Assembly: GCA_964016885.1 (NCBI GenBank)
Contig: OZ024749.1
Location: 39,556,001-39,620,000, forward strand
Direction: 5' to 3'
DNA from: Eledone cirrhosa
Taxonomy: Eukaryota
Length of the DNA stretch: 64,000 nucleotides
The notes under the pieces were generated by a model. That model worked only from the letters and a program-made list of their open reading frames with translations. It did not search any database and was not told the DNA's origin. The position numbers and the translations under genes were made by a program. This document shows positions 23,701 through 34,821 of this stretch, one piece after another. How positions within the stretch are numbered: position 1 is the first letter of the stretch; each line of letters begins with the position of its first letter.

Positions 23701-26700
23701 TACAACAGTTTATTCTTAACCAACCATACAGCCTGTACAAAAGCTTTACAAAGTCAAAAAGATGAAAATTGGTTTCTTCCTGTAATGTTTGAAGTTTGTT
23801 TAGATCTGCGACGTTTTGCAATCCGAGTAAGTTTTCTTCCATTTCATAAAAAAAAAAAAACTTTCCATCATAATTTTATGTAAGAATCTATATGTTCTAA
23901 ACACCAATTTAAGGAGAAAGTTATTTTATTAAATCCCTCTAAGTTCTATTGATGATTATTTTCAGTGTCTTTCATTTAAAATATGATAACGAAAGGGTTA
24001 GAATGTTTAAATTTATCTAAAAACATTTCTTCATAACTTTGTTGTGTTATTTTTCAATCACCAACTTAATGAGAAAGTTACTTAATAAATTTTTGATAAT
24101 TTTTAGTATCATTTAAAAATGTTAGGCAGTGTCTTTCATTAGAAACATCTTAATGAAAGGGTTAAAATCTTTAAATTTATCTAAAAATCTTTCATCATAA
24201 TTTTATTTAAGAACCTTTGTTAAGTTATGTTCCTGACATCAACTTAATGATAAGAAAGTTAGTTATGTTATTAAAACCTTCCAAAAATGTTATTATTGTA
24301 ACAAAAGTGCCAAGAACCTCTAACATTGATGGTTTGCTTGTAAATGTATGTAAAAACTTTACCCCTCTCCAGGCAGATGTCCAGACTGTGAAGAGAGGAA
24401 AAGGTCGTAGTGGAGAAAAACTAGAAAAAGCTGCTGACTTATTGATGGGCTGTTTCCGAGTATGTGCTAGTGACAGGTGAGTGGAGTTTAGCTTTGAGTG
24501 TATAAATGACAGGTGAGTCAAATTTAGCTTCAAGAGATTAGCTTTGAGTGTGACAGGTGAGTGGAAACTATTTTTGAGTGTGATTCAGGTGAGCAGAGAC
24601 TAACTTTGAGTATGTGTCAGGTGAGTGGAGACTAGCTTTGAGTGTGTGTCAGGTAAGTGGAGACTAGCTTTGAGTGTGTCAGGTGAGTTAGAATTATGTT
24701 AGGGGTACATGTGTCTGTGGAATACTCAGCCACTCTCATGTTAAATTAACAAGTGCGATCTTCATTTGATTCAGTTGGTCATATAACAATGCTATTCTTC
24801 AAAATAAACCCAGGATCCATCATCATCATCATCATCATCATCTATATTACTTTTATTTAACTTTAATTAATATTGTGTATTTCATTATGATTATTAGCCG
24901 AGCTGCAATAGAAGATTCAAAGAAATGGGGTATGCTGAATTTAGTGAACCAATTATTCAAGATATATTTTAAGGTAAAATGTCTTTGTTTATGTCTATTT
25001 CTGTTACAACACAATTTCCATCTCTTGATAGCAATGTGACTCTCATTTAATGAAATAAAACCATCCGTTTTAAAGGGTTCATCATTAAATTAAAACCTTC
25101 CATCATAATTTTATATGACAAAACCTTTTGTTATGTTATAACTACTGTTTTAAATATGAAATAATTAATAATTCTAATAAATTCCCTCCAAATACTTCAT
25201 TAATTAATTGGTGCCACGATAAAAAGCACCCAGTCCATGCTGTAAATGTGGTTATGAAGGGCATCCAGCAATAGAAACCAAGCCAGAATTAGTTCTGTAT
25301 GAGCAAGACACAGTCATCTGATCTGGCTTGTCTCATATTGGGACAACTCGTCTAACCCATACTAGCGTGGAAAAATTGACATTAAACTGTGCTGATGATA
25401 TATGTGGTTAGAAATATGTTAACGAAAGGTTTATAATTCTCTGTTTTCAGATCAATAAACTTCATCTATGTAAACCTCTTATACGAGCCATTGACAGTTC
25501 TCCATTGAAAGACAAGTTCAGTCTTTCTCAGCTTGTAACATACAGGTAAATATGTAGTGTTAATTTAAGTTCTGCTACTTTATTAAAACTATGCTTTCTT
25601 CTGTTGCCCTGTCTTTATAAACTCACATCTGTGCAGGTTTAGCTGTCCTCCTGTGAGGCTGTTATCTCATAAGTAGCTTCTTAGGTGTTTTAATAATAGG
25701 GTCTAATAACAATGTCTAATAACTTTTATTGTACATAAACATATAAAATATAATCCAGTTATTTTTGTGTTCTAGTTAAAGAGATTTTAATTCTTCTCTT
25801 TCCATTTTTACCAGGTTTTTTGTGGGTCGAAAAGCAATGTTTGACAGCGATTTCAAAGCAGGTGAGATATCTGTATATAATATTTTCTTTTTTAACTCAT
25901 CCCTTCTGAGGGAGTCATAGGGGTGCCGTAGTGACATATGACATTTCTAGGGCAATTTTTAAAACCTGGCAGAGCCCATCTCTCCAGATCTGAGCATAAC
26001 CGATTTCTTCCAGAGGAGAGAGAGTGATAAAGAAAGAGATATAGAGGAAGAATCAACTCTGGTACTGGACTGGTACTTTTTTGTATCAACCTTGAAAGAA
26101 TGAGAGTTAAAGTTGACCTCGGCGGAATTTGAACTCAGAGTGCAGAGCCAGAAAGCATTCTCTCTGATTTTCTAATGATTCTGCCAATTCACTGCCTAAT
26201 ATATAATGTATTGAAGTAAAATTTCAGTAAAACCTTGTTAACCTTCCTAATACCTAACCACCTCAAACTGCCCTTGTTTCTATGATACAAAATTGTTTGT
26301 TTTAAAGTGTGTATCGTCACTATCATCCTTTTATGTCTGTTTTTCCATGCTAGCATGGGCTGGACAGGTTTTTTCCAGCATGGCCTATCTCCACATTTTG
26401 TATTCCTTTGTCATCTTCTTTGTGAAGTTCAGCATTTTGAGATCTGCTCTCGCCACTTCTGTCCAACTTTAAAACAAACAGTCTTATATCATAGAACCAA
26501 CGGTGGTTTCAGGTGCTTTGACATTAAAAGGGTTAATTAGTGTTGGTCATATTTTTATGTTTCTAGCTGAAGAATTCCTGACATTTGCTTTTGAGAGATG
26601 TCACAAAGAAAGCAGAGGAAACAAACGTCAAATTCTTATATATTTACTTCCAGTGAAAATGTTATTGGTAAGGTTATTAGTTTTCTATCTTAGATTGATC

Positions 26701-29700
26701 AATGGAAAACTCTTCAAAGTAAAGAATTGTTTAGTAAAACAAACATTTTATCAAATGAGGATGACAATCTATATTATAATAAGAGTGTTGTTTGTCTGTC
26801 TGTCCATCTCTCCGTCTGTCATGCTCACTTTATAGGTGGAGCCCCAGTATAGATAGAGAGAGAAAGAGGAATGCTGTGTGTTTTTGAGGTGACAAAGTTA
26901 AAACGTCACTCTCATCTATATAGAGAGAGGAGGAATGCCAAGTGAAAGGGATGTACATAGAGAGTGAAAAGGAACATCATTTGTTTAGAGAGAGAGTGTG
27001 TGTGTGACAGAAAGAGGGAGAAGACGCCGGCCTCCTCTCATCGTTTAGCGTCTATCTTCCATGCTAGCATGGGTTAGTAATAATATATACCTAAACATGT
27101 TTATGTAATGAGAATAGAGCCAGTAATGAATGATGTGAAGAGAAATGGAATGAGATGGATAGGTCATGTGTTGAGGAAGGATTAAAGTGACTGGGTGAGA
27201 GGATAGAGTCTGATGAATGTTGTGAAGAGTAATTGAATGAAATGGCTGGGTCATGTGTTGAGGAAGGATGAAAGTGACTGAATGAGAAGAGTGAAGAAAG
27301 AGAATGTGGAAGGAAGTAGAGGAAGGGGAAGACCAAGAAAGACATGGCTAAAGATGATTGAAGAGGAAATGAAAGCCATGGGGTAACAATAAGAGAAAAC
27401 GGAGAAGCTTGTCATGGGCCTGCAAGCTTAACCCCTCGTTTAGCAGGGAAAATGGCTGTAAACATGTTTATATATGTATAGACTCTATTTCGCCAGGGAT
27501 ATATATCTAAACATGTTTGTATTGGTATATATATATTTATAGATTTACACACCTTATATTTCTCCATGGATATATAACTAAGCCTGTTTATAAATGTATA
27601 CATTGTATTTTCCCGAAACATACTTATGTATATATATATACGTCCCACCCTTGCAAGCAGGGAAAAGCGGACGTAAAATGATGATGATGATGATGATATA
27701 TATATACACTTTGTCTTTTCCCAGGGATATATGCCAAAACGGGATGTTTTAGAGCGATATGACTTGTTACAATTTTCTGATGTAGCCAAAGCAGTGAGGT
27801 AAGTATGTAGATTTTTACTTATTATTGATGAGTCCAAAACCAAATTTTGTTGGCTGGAGTGTAACCAAGACTGCACACACACACATATATACAAATTCAC
27901 ATGCAGACACAGGCACACATGCACATAAACACACACATATATATATATATATATATACACACACATCTGTAATCTGGTTTAGAATAGGTACATCATATCC
28001 TTGTGTGTTGTACGAGGTGACTAAAAGAGTTAGTGCCAGGAATGGCATCTGACTGTAAAATATTGCCTTAAAAGTCCTGGCTGAACCCATGCTAGCATGG
28101 AAAAGTGGACATAAAAATGATGTTAATGATGAAAACAAAGGCAGTGACACACACGCACAAATACACACACATATATATATATATGTATGTATATACACAC
28201 TAATTAATCATTTATGTTACACTTTTTCCCAAAATAGGACATGTAAAACCAGCATGGAACTCATCTGCTAGAAAATCTGCTTACTGTTTTAATAAATTCT
28301 TCAGTGATATAACTTCAGTGTTGTTTTATATTTTGTTCACTTTAGTTCTGGGAATCTGTTACTTCTCAATGAAGCACTTCTGCAGAATGAAGCCTTTTTC
28401 ATCAAATGTGGAATTTATCTGATTCTGGAGAAACTGAAAATAATAACCTACCGCAACCTCTTTAAAAAAGTGTAAGTGTTCAAAAAACAGGCATTGTTTG
28501 GTGTTAAAGTATGTCATTAATTACACTAGCAGAAAACCACCCTTTGAGTGGTTTTCTGCTAGCACATGTAGTGTGCATATTGATATTATACGCAAATATA
28601 TACACTTGTAAATATGATCCGTCAAATGAAATCGTAATTGACAATATGCACAGAAATTGAAGAGAGACTGTGTTACACTGTCTTATGTAAACAGTAAAGT
28701 AATCCATGATACATTAAAAAAAGATGATATTATATATAAACTGCATTAGGAAAAAAATTAGTGACGGAAATATATGATTGTTTATATAAGTGATCGCTAA
28801 CCGGAAGTGTTGACATTTGAAAATTTTAAAGAAGTGAATCTTTAAATAAGCAATAAAATATATTTAATCAAGAGTTAAGAAATTTAATAGAAAAATTATG
28901 TAATATTCATTCATTATTTATTCAAAGTAATCCAACTTTTTTTACAAACGAGATAAAAAAAATATATTCTGGACGCAGTCCCACACTCCTTTTTTTTTTT
29001 TTTATTATAGTTAAGATGTATTGTTTATATGTATGAGGGTCAGAAGAAAGGAACTAAATATCTATGGGGCTAAAAGGTCAGCATGTTTGGTCACACTGAC
29101 CTACTTAGCCAGCTTGGGACAAAAGTTCAAATTAGTCTGATTGCAGTTTATATATATCATGACTAAGTGGTGAGCCTTGTTTGATGATCCTGTGAGTACA
29201 CAGGTGAAACTCCAGAGTAACAAGGCTCACCACTTAGCCATGATAAATGAATATTTAAATTCTACTTTGGTATTGAGTACTAATTCTCATAATTCTTCTG
29301 TCTTCTATTTCAGTTATTTGATCCAGAAAAGTCATCAACTTCCTATTGAATCCTTCACCACTGTGTTAAAGTTTATGCAGGTCTGTCTCAATTTCGTTAT
29401 GTAAAGTTGTATTATAGCTGTTGTATCTCTGCTCCATTCTAATTTTTGTGATGATCTCTATGTTAGTGTTAAACCAACATATTGTATATTGATGCTGTTC
29501 TTACTGTTGCTGCCACTGCTGTTGTTCTTCTGCTCTCTCTTCCTCCACCTTTCCACCCCATTGCTTATAACATTAATTTTTTTTTTTCAAATGGAAGTGT
29601 CAGTATATTGTCATGGTAGATTTCATTACATCTGTGGGAAACAGCATCAATATCATCATTGGCAGAATTATTAAAGCAGTTGATAGTTGTGATTCTTTAC

Positions 29701-31376
29701 ATTCTCAGTTCAAATCCCACCAATGCCAATTTTGCTTTTCATCATTGCAAGTGTTCAATAAAATCAAAAATGCCATTGGGGTACTGAAGTGGATTTAATC
29801 AAATTTCTGTTCTGCTTAAATTACTGATGTTGTGCCATAATTTGAAATATAGTATTTGACGGCTTATAAAATACACCTTAATTTGAGCAGGCATTTAAAA
29901 TAAATAAATGGGTTTAAACTACAAATATTTGTACATCGTATTTTTTTTAGTCTCATTCATCATCATCATCATCATCATACGTCCGCTTTTCCCTGCTTGC
30001 AAGGGTGGGACGGGTCTTATTCAGCACAGCATCTCTCCACTCGTCACGGTCCCTCGTCATCTCCACCGTGAGCTTCAATGATCTGAGGTCTGTTCTCACC
30101 ACCTCCGCCCATGTTTTTCGTGGTCTACCTCTACCATGTCTTCCTTCAACTGGCATTTCCTGGCACTTCTTCACCCATCGGTCATCCTCCATGCGCATCA
30201 CATGTCCATACCACCTCAGTCTCCTCTCTCGTACACTACATTCTATCCCTCTCAGACACAGTTTCTCTCTCAACACATTCTACATCCTAATTCTAGTTGT
30301 AATATTTTAGTACATTTTTAAAACTTAAGAAGTGTATATCTCCTTCTTCTTCTTCATTCACTTATTCCTGAGAGGGTCATGGGGGCAGAATCCTTAAACA
30401 CTCCCTCCTGTGTGTCCTGTCAGAAGCAACTGTCTCCAACTGATCTGGCTGGATCCCCAAGCATGACCAACCAAGATCATAGATGTTATCCAACCATCTT
30501 GCTCAGGGTCTACCCCTGGGTCTCCTGCTTGTTGGTTTTGCCCATATATCTTATCGTTTAACTGCTTTTGTAAATTAAATATTATATTCACATATATATT
30601 TGTTAATATATATATTATATATTACAGGTGGAAGACATTGATAATGATGAAACTGAGTGTATTTTAGCAAATTTAATAAATGAGGTAAACACATTATTTT
30701 TTTTTAAATTCATTAATTATTCCATTTCATTCACTTAATTGTGCAGAATTGGTATAATTAGTTGCAGGTATGGCTATGTAGTTCGCAGACACGTAGTCTT
30801 GAGTTCTATCTCACTGCATGACACCTTGGACAAGTGTTTTTTTTCTACTATAGCCCTGGGTCAACAAATGACTTGTGAGTAGATTTGATAGACAGAAACA
30901 GTGAGGAAACCCTTCATATATATATGTGAGTGTGTGCATATATATATACATACATACATAATTAAAATTATTGTGTAGATGCACTATATATATATATATA
31001 TATATATATGAGTGTGTGTTTGTGTCTTCTCTTTGCATTTGTCAGTGGAGGTGGTGATATTTTCTATGCAGACAGAGGTCTCTCTGCTCAGCAGTTAGGC
31101 AGTATATCTGTATATCTTATTCTATTTATTCAAATAGTAAAAGTAATATATTCCAGTTCATTTAAAAAAATGCAAACTTAACTTACCCCATTCTAAAAAT
31201 AAGTAAATAAATAAATAAAGTAAAAATATTTTGTGGTTAAATATTGTTTTTGTAATATTTTTTCCTTCACCTTTTTCTCTGTCTAGAATAAAGTGAAAGG
31301 CTACATCTCTCACCAACATCAGAAACTGGTTGTCAGTAAACAAAATCCCTTTCCTGTTTTATCAACTGTTCTATGA
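20203..31376 (+). CDS. PCID2: PCI domain-containing protein 2 (TREX-2 subunit, Thp1/CSN12-like), 15 coding exons, 399 aa
   Basis: Exons 20203-20238, 21243-21284, 21812-21933, 22934-22999, 23730-23826, 24373-24476, 24898-24973, 25451-25545, 25815-25861, 26567-26667, 27725-27798, 28346-28471, 29314-29380, 30628-30684, 31287-31376 sum to 1200 nt (399 aa plus stop). Blocks near-identical to vertebrate PCID2: [74 protein letters not shown]. Confidence 0.97.
21243..21284 (+). CDS. PCID2: PCID2 exon 2 ([14 protein letters not shown])
   Basis: TATAG| and |GTAAGT. Confidence 0.85.
21812..21933 (+). CDS. PCID2: PCID2 exon 3
   Basis: TTTCAG| and |GTACGT; [14 protein letters not shown]...[11 protein letters not shown]. 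Confidence 0.93.
22934..22999 (+). CDS. PCID2: PCID2 exon 4 (followed by the AT-AC intron)
   Basis: TTTCAG|; [22 protein letters not shown]; followed by ATATCCTTT. Confidence 0.92.
23000..23729 (+). other. U12-type (minor spliceosome) AT-AC intron
   Basis: 5' site ATATCCTTT at 23000, branch TTCTTAAC at 23713-23720, terminal AC at 23728-23729; this junction restores the PCID2 frame ([15 protein letters not shown]). Confidence 0.93.
23730..23826 (+). CDS. PCID2: PCID2 exon 5
   Basis: [32 protein letters not shown]; |GTAAGT. Confidence 0.92.
24373..24476 (+). CDS. PCID2: PCID2 exon 6
   Basis: CTCCAG| and CAG|GTGAGT; [18 protein letters not shown]. Confidence 0.95.
24471..24690 (+). repeat. 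~32-bp tandem repeat, each unit carrying a 5' splice-site consensus
   Basis: CAG|GTRAG with GT at 24477, 24513, 24557, 24589, 24621, 24653, 24683. Confidence 0.92.
24898..24973 (+). CDS. PCID2: PCID2 exon 7
   Basis: [25 protein letters not shown]; |GTAAAA. Confidence 0.95.
25451..25545 (+). CDS. PCID2: PCID2 exon 8
   Basis: [31 protein letters not shown]. Confidence 0.95.
25815..25861 (+). CDS. PCID2: PCID2 exon 9
   Basis: [15 protein letters not shown]; |GTGAGA. Confidence 0.95.
26567..26667 (+). CDS. PCID2: PCID2 exon 10
   Basis: [12 protein letters not shown]...[16 protein letters not shown]; |GTAAGG. Confidence 0.95.
27725..27798 (+). CDS. PCID2: PCID2 exon 11
   Basis: [24 protein letters not shown]; |GTAAGT. 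Confidence 0.93.
28346..28471 (+). CDS. PCID2: PCID2 exon 12
   Basis: [42 protein letters not shown]. Confidence 0.95.
29314..29380 (+). CDS. PCID2: PCID2 exon 13
   Basis: [22 protein letters not shown]; |GTCTGT. Confidence 0.93.
29953..30275 (-). mobile_element. 5'-truncated RTE-clade LINE (RT C-terminus plus (GAT)n tail)
   Basis: [17 protein letters not shown]...GRGRPRKTW...RDRDEWR is typical of RTE 3' ends; decayed relatives at 21400-21685 (+), 26318-26465 (-), 27110-27460 (+). Confidence 0.9.
30628..30684 (+). CDS. PCID2: PCID2 exon 14
   Basis: [19 protein letters not shown]; |GTAAAC. Confidence 0.93.
31287..31376 (+). CDS. PCID2: PCID2 terminal exon
   Basis: [29 protein letters not shown] then TGA. 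Confidence 0.95.
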   Translation, partial: NKVKGYISHQHQKLVVSKQNPFPVLSTVL

Positions 31377-33173
31377 ATCATCTTTGGTCTTGAGAAATGA
31401 AAGAAAGGAACCTGCTGAAGTGGAGCTTTAATGGTTTTAAGGAGTTCTGCTTATTAGAACCTACTGCCTAAAAGTCTTGAAGACTTTTGGATATAACCAA
31501 ACCAGCTATATGGAATTTAACTCTTAACATCCTACACTATATGAAACTACATCAACAAGACATTCTTGAAAAATACAAAACATCACTATGACTGCATCAC
31601 ATTAAAAATTAAAGCCTTTATTCTAATACTGCAAATTTTCACAATGATATGTCCACTAGTAAAGATAAAAATATTTAGTATGAAACAACACAATCACTGC
31701 ATCACATTAAAAATTTAAGTCTTTAGTTTAATATTGCAAATTTTCACAATATGTCTACTAGTAAAGCTACTATAAACATTTGAATTGACAATCCAGCTTT
31801 TAAATATTCTCTGTTAAATCAATAAAGGATGTTCAGAGTTAATTAAAAAAACAGAATGAAATCTGCTGAGGTATATCTTCAGTGGTTCTAAGGAACTTAA
31901 TGGCCTAAAAGTCTTGAAGATTTATACTTGTATAAAACTAAACCAGTTATATGGAAGTGACAGAGAATCGAGAGAGAAAATTTGGCTGGAAATTTTTAAA
32001 GAATATTTTTTAAGGTTATCCTTGGTCCAATCTGATGATTGGCTTGACAAAAATATCTTTTACAAACAGTTTGACTCAAATTGAGTTAATTGCCATTCCA
32101 TTGATCCAGAAATTTGTTATTGTGAATCCATTTATTTTCTTTCAATATTTAGTCTGCTTTTTTTTTTTTTTGTTCTTTCTGACATTAACAATTAAATCTC
32201 GAATCATGTACAAGAGCGTCTCATTTCTGTCTCTATTTTGTTGTGCATTTGTTTGTTGAAATTTATAAAGTGGTAGTGCTGGTACCATAATAAAAATATT
32301 CCCAATCCTCACTGTAAGGTGGTTAACATTCTGCTATATAAACCAAGCTAAAATGGAATGTATGAGCAAGATATGAGACATGGTCATCTGACCAGTCAAA
32401 TTTCAGACCGTGGCAATTCGTCTATCTCATGCATGCATTGAAAATAGATATAAAATGGTGGTGGTGGAGTTCGTGGTAATGTCTGTAGTTTATTCTTTAC
32501 TTTTGTTTCATGGTAGTGTCGAGGAATTTAGACACAGCAGTCTTTAGTGGGATCTGGTGTAGTTGTTAAAGCAAAAGACAAGATAATAATATCTACCAAT
32601 AACCACAATTTCAAAACTTGCAGCTTTACATCAAAATATAGACAAGCGTGAAAATAGAAAAAAAACAAACATTACTTTCATTTCATGTTTTTTTGTTTTT
32701 ATTATATAATGATAATAGTAATAATAATCTATTGCGTGAAGTTTGTTCTGTTCTGTACAAATCTATTTATTTAAATGTTATGTTTTCTGAGTATTATTAT
32801 TTCATATTTTCTCTTTTTTTTTTTTCTCTTTTATCAAACAGTTAAATAATAATATTAATAATGCTTTCTTTATTAACCACAAGGGTTGAAATAATAATAA
32901 TAATAATAATGATATTGGGATGAAAAAGAAAACCAACAAAAAAAAGTGTTTCGTGTTTTTCGAGAAGTTATTTCTTGATCAATTCTGCAGTCCAGTAACA
33001 ATAGAATTACTTCCCCTTACACCAAGTGTAATTATACACTTTGTTTTAAACTATAAATCAGATGGTTCCAAAAATAACAACATCAAGTTATATGTATATG
33101 TGATGGCGGGGAGGGGGGAAGACTATTGACATTTAAGGTAAGCTTTTGACCATTTTTCAGTTGGGGGGGTTTG

Positions 33174-33204
<31 letters not shown>

Positions 33205-33390
33205 TTCTTTTATTTTAGATGGAGATATAAAGTTATTTAGGGAAAAGGGTGGTGGAATAAACACGTGAACATTTTTGAGGGGAGGGGTGGGAAGAGGCAA
33301 AAAAGATAATTATCAAATATATTAGCTGTGATTTGAATTTGATGACAATTCGATCAAAAACATGAAAATGTTTTGTGTGAAAAAAATATA

Positions 33391-33455
<65 letters not shown>

Positions 33456-33504
33456 ATATATATATATATATACACACATACATATATATATTCATAGATA
33501 TATA

Positions 33505-33980
33505 GGGCAATCTTTTGTTTTAGGTAGACATGATGTAAACAACAACTTTGGTATTTTCTGTACAAGAAGTTGGGTGTTTGTGCGATAGACACATACATTC
33601 ATGAGGCAGCTTGTGGCCTGGGTACTGCACATCAGAGTCTGTTCCCCTACATTGGCTGATATATATAATGGTGGTGGTCAGTGTATTATTTTTAGTTTTA
33701 TTTCTACTATAGGTACATACTGGATTATAAAATTCAATGCTTGAATAGATTAGCTCAATAATTAAGAAGAACTACATACAGCAAGCTGCTAAAGACAAGA
33801 TATTTGACAGATATATGACATGGGTAGAAAAGAATGTGCTGAAATTACACATTTATGTATGTATATACATATATATATATTATGTGTATGAATGTGCATG
33901 TATCTTATGGACACATGACTTCTAATGCAGAAAAATGGCAAAGTCGTTTACATTGCGTCTACCTAAAACGAAGGATCACC
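33505..33980. mobile_element. MITE with ~45-bp terminal inverted repeats
   Basis: GTTTTAGGTAGACATGATGTAAACAAC pairs with GTCGTTTACATTGCGTCTACCTAAAAC; embedded in TA runs. Confidence 0.65.
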
Positions 33981-34630
33981 ATATATATATGTATATATCT
34001 CTCTCTCTATATATATATATATGTGTGTGTATATATATTATCTTGGTTTCGAGTTCCCTATATTTTAGATGTAATTTTTCGTGAAACAACGCCTGCTGGC
34101 TTTATATCCACCAATGACTATAACACAACACATGTACACATACACAGATATCATACACGCTCATATATATATATTCAGTTAACAAACACTCACATATACA
34201 GACAATGTACTCATTCATATATACACAGTCAACATACACATATACAGACAACATACTCATACGTATGTATATATATAGTCAATATACTCATACATATATA
34301 AACAGACAACATACACACACACACATATAGTCAACATATATATATATATATATCTATATATATATATATATAAAAAGACAACATACACATATTATTAGAA
34401 ACATGCTAGATCCTCCATCAGTTTTGTCAGTCATTTGATTAACTGAACATTCACTTTGATAATTGACCTATAAGTGGTTGAGTATTCCACATACACATAT
34501 ACTCTTGATGCAAATTCCCAACTGAATCAGCATGACACAGTGTGTCGTAAGCCTGAACCTTTGAATTACAGGTTCAATCCACATTGTATTATAGTGTAAA
34601 TGGTTGAATATTTCACTAACACGTGTATCC

Positions 34631-34821
34631 TTAACCCTTCAGCATTTAAACCAGCCATATCTGGCTAGAATTCTGTCACCTCTTTCTGTTCAAACCGGTT
34701 GCTCATACTGATGTTAAGGTATTGTTATCGAAATCTCATAGATTCGATATTATGTGAGGTAAAGCCTTTATCGTGAAAATACAATAGTATATATAGAGTA
34801 ATGTAAATGCTAAAGGGTTAA
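34631..34821 (+). mobile_element. piggyBac-type MITE family A
   Basis: TTAA ends, same core. Confidence 0.8.
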
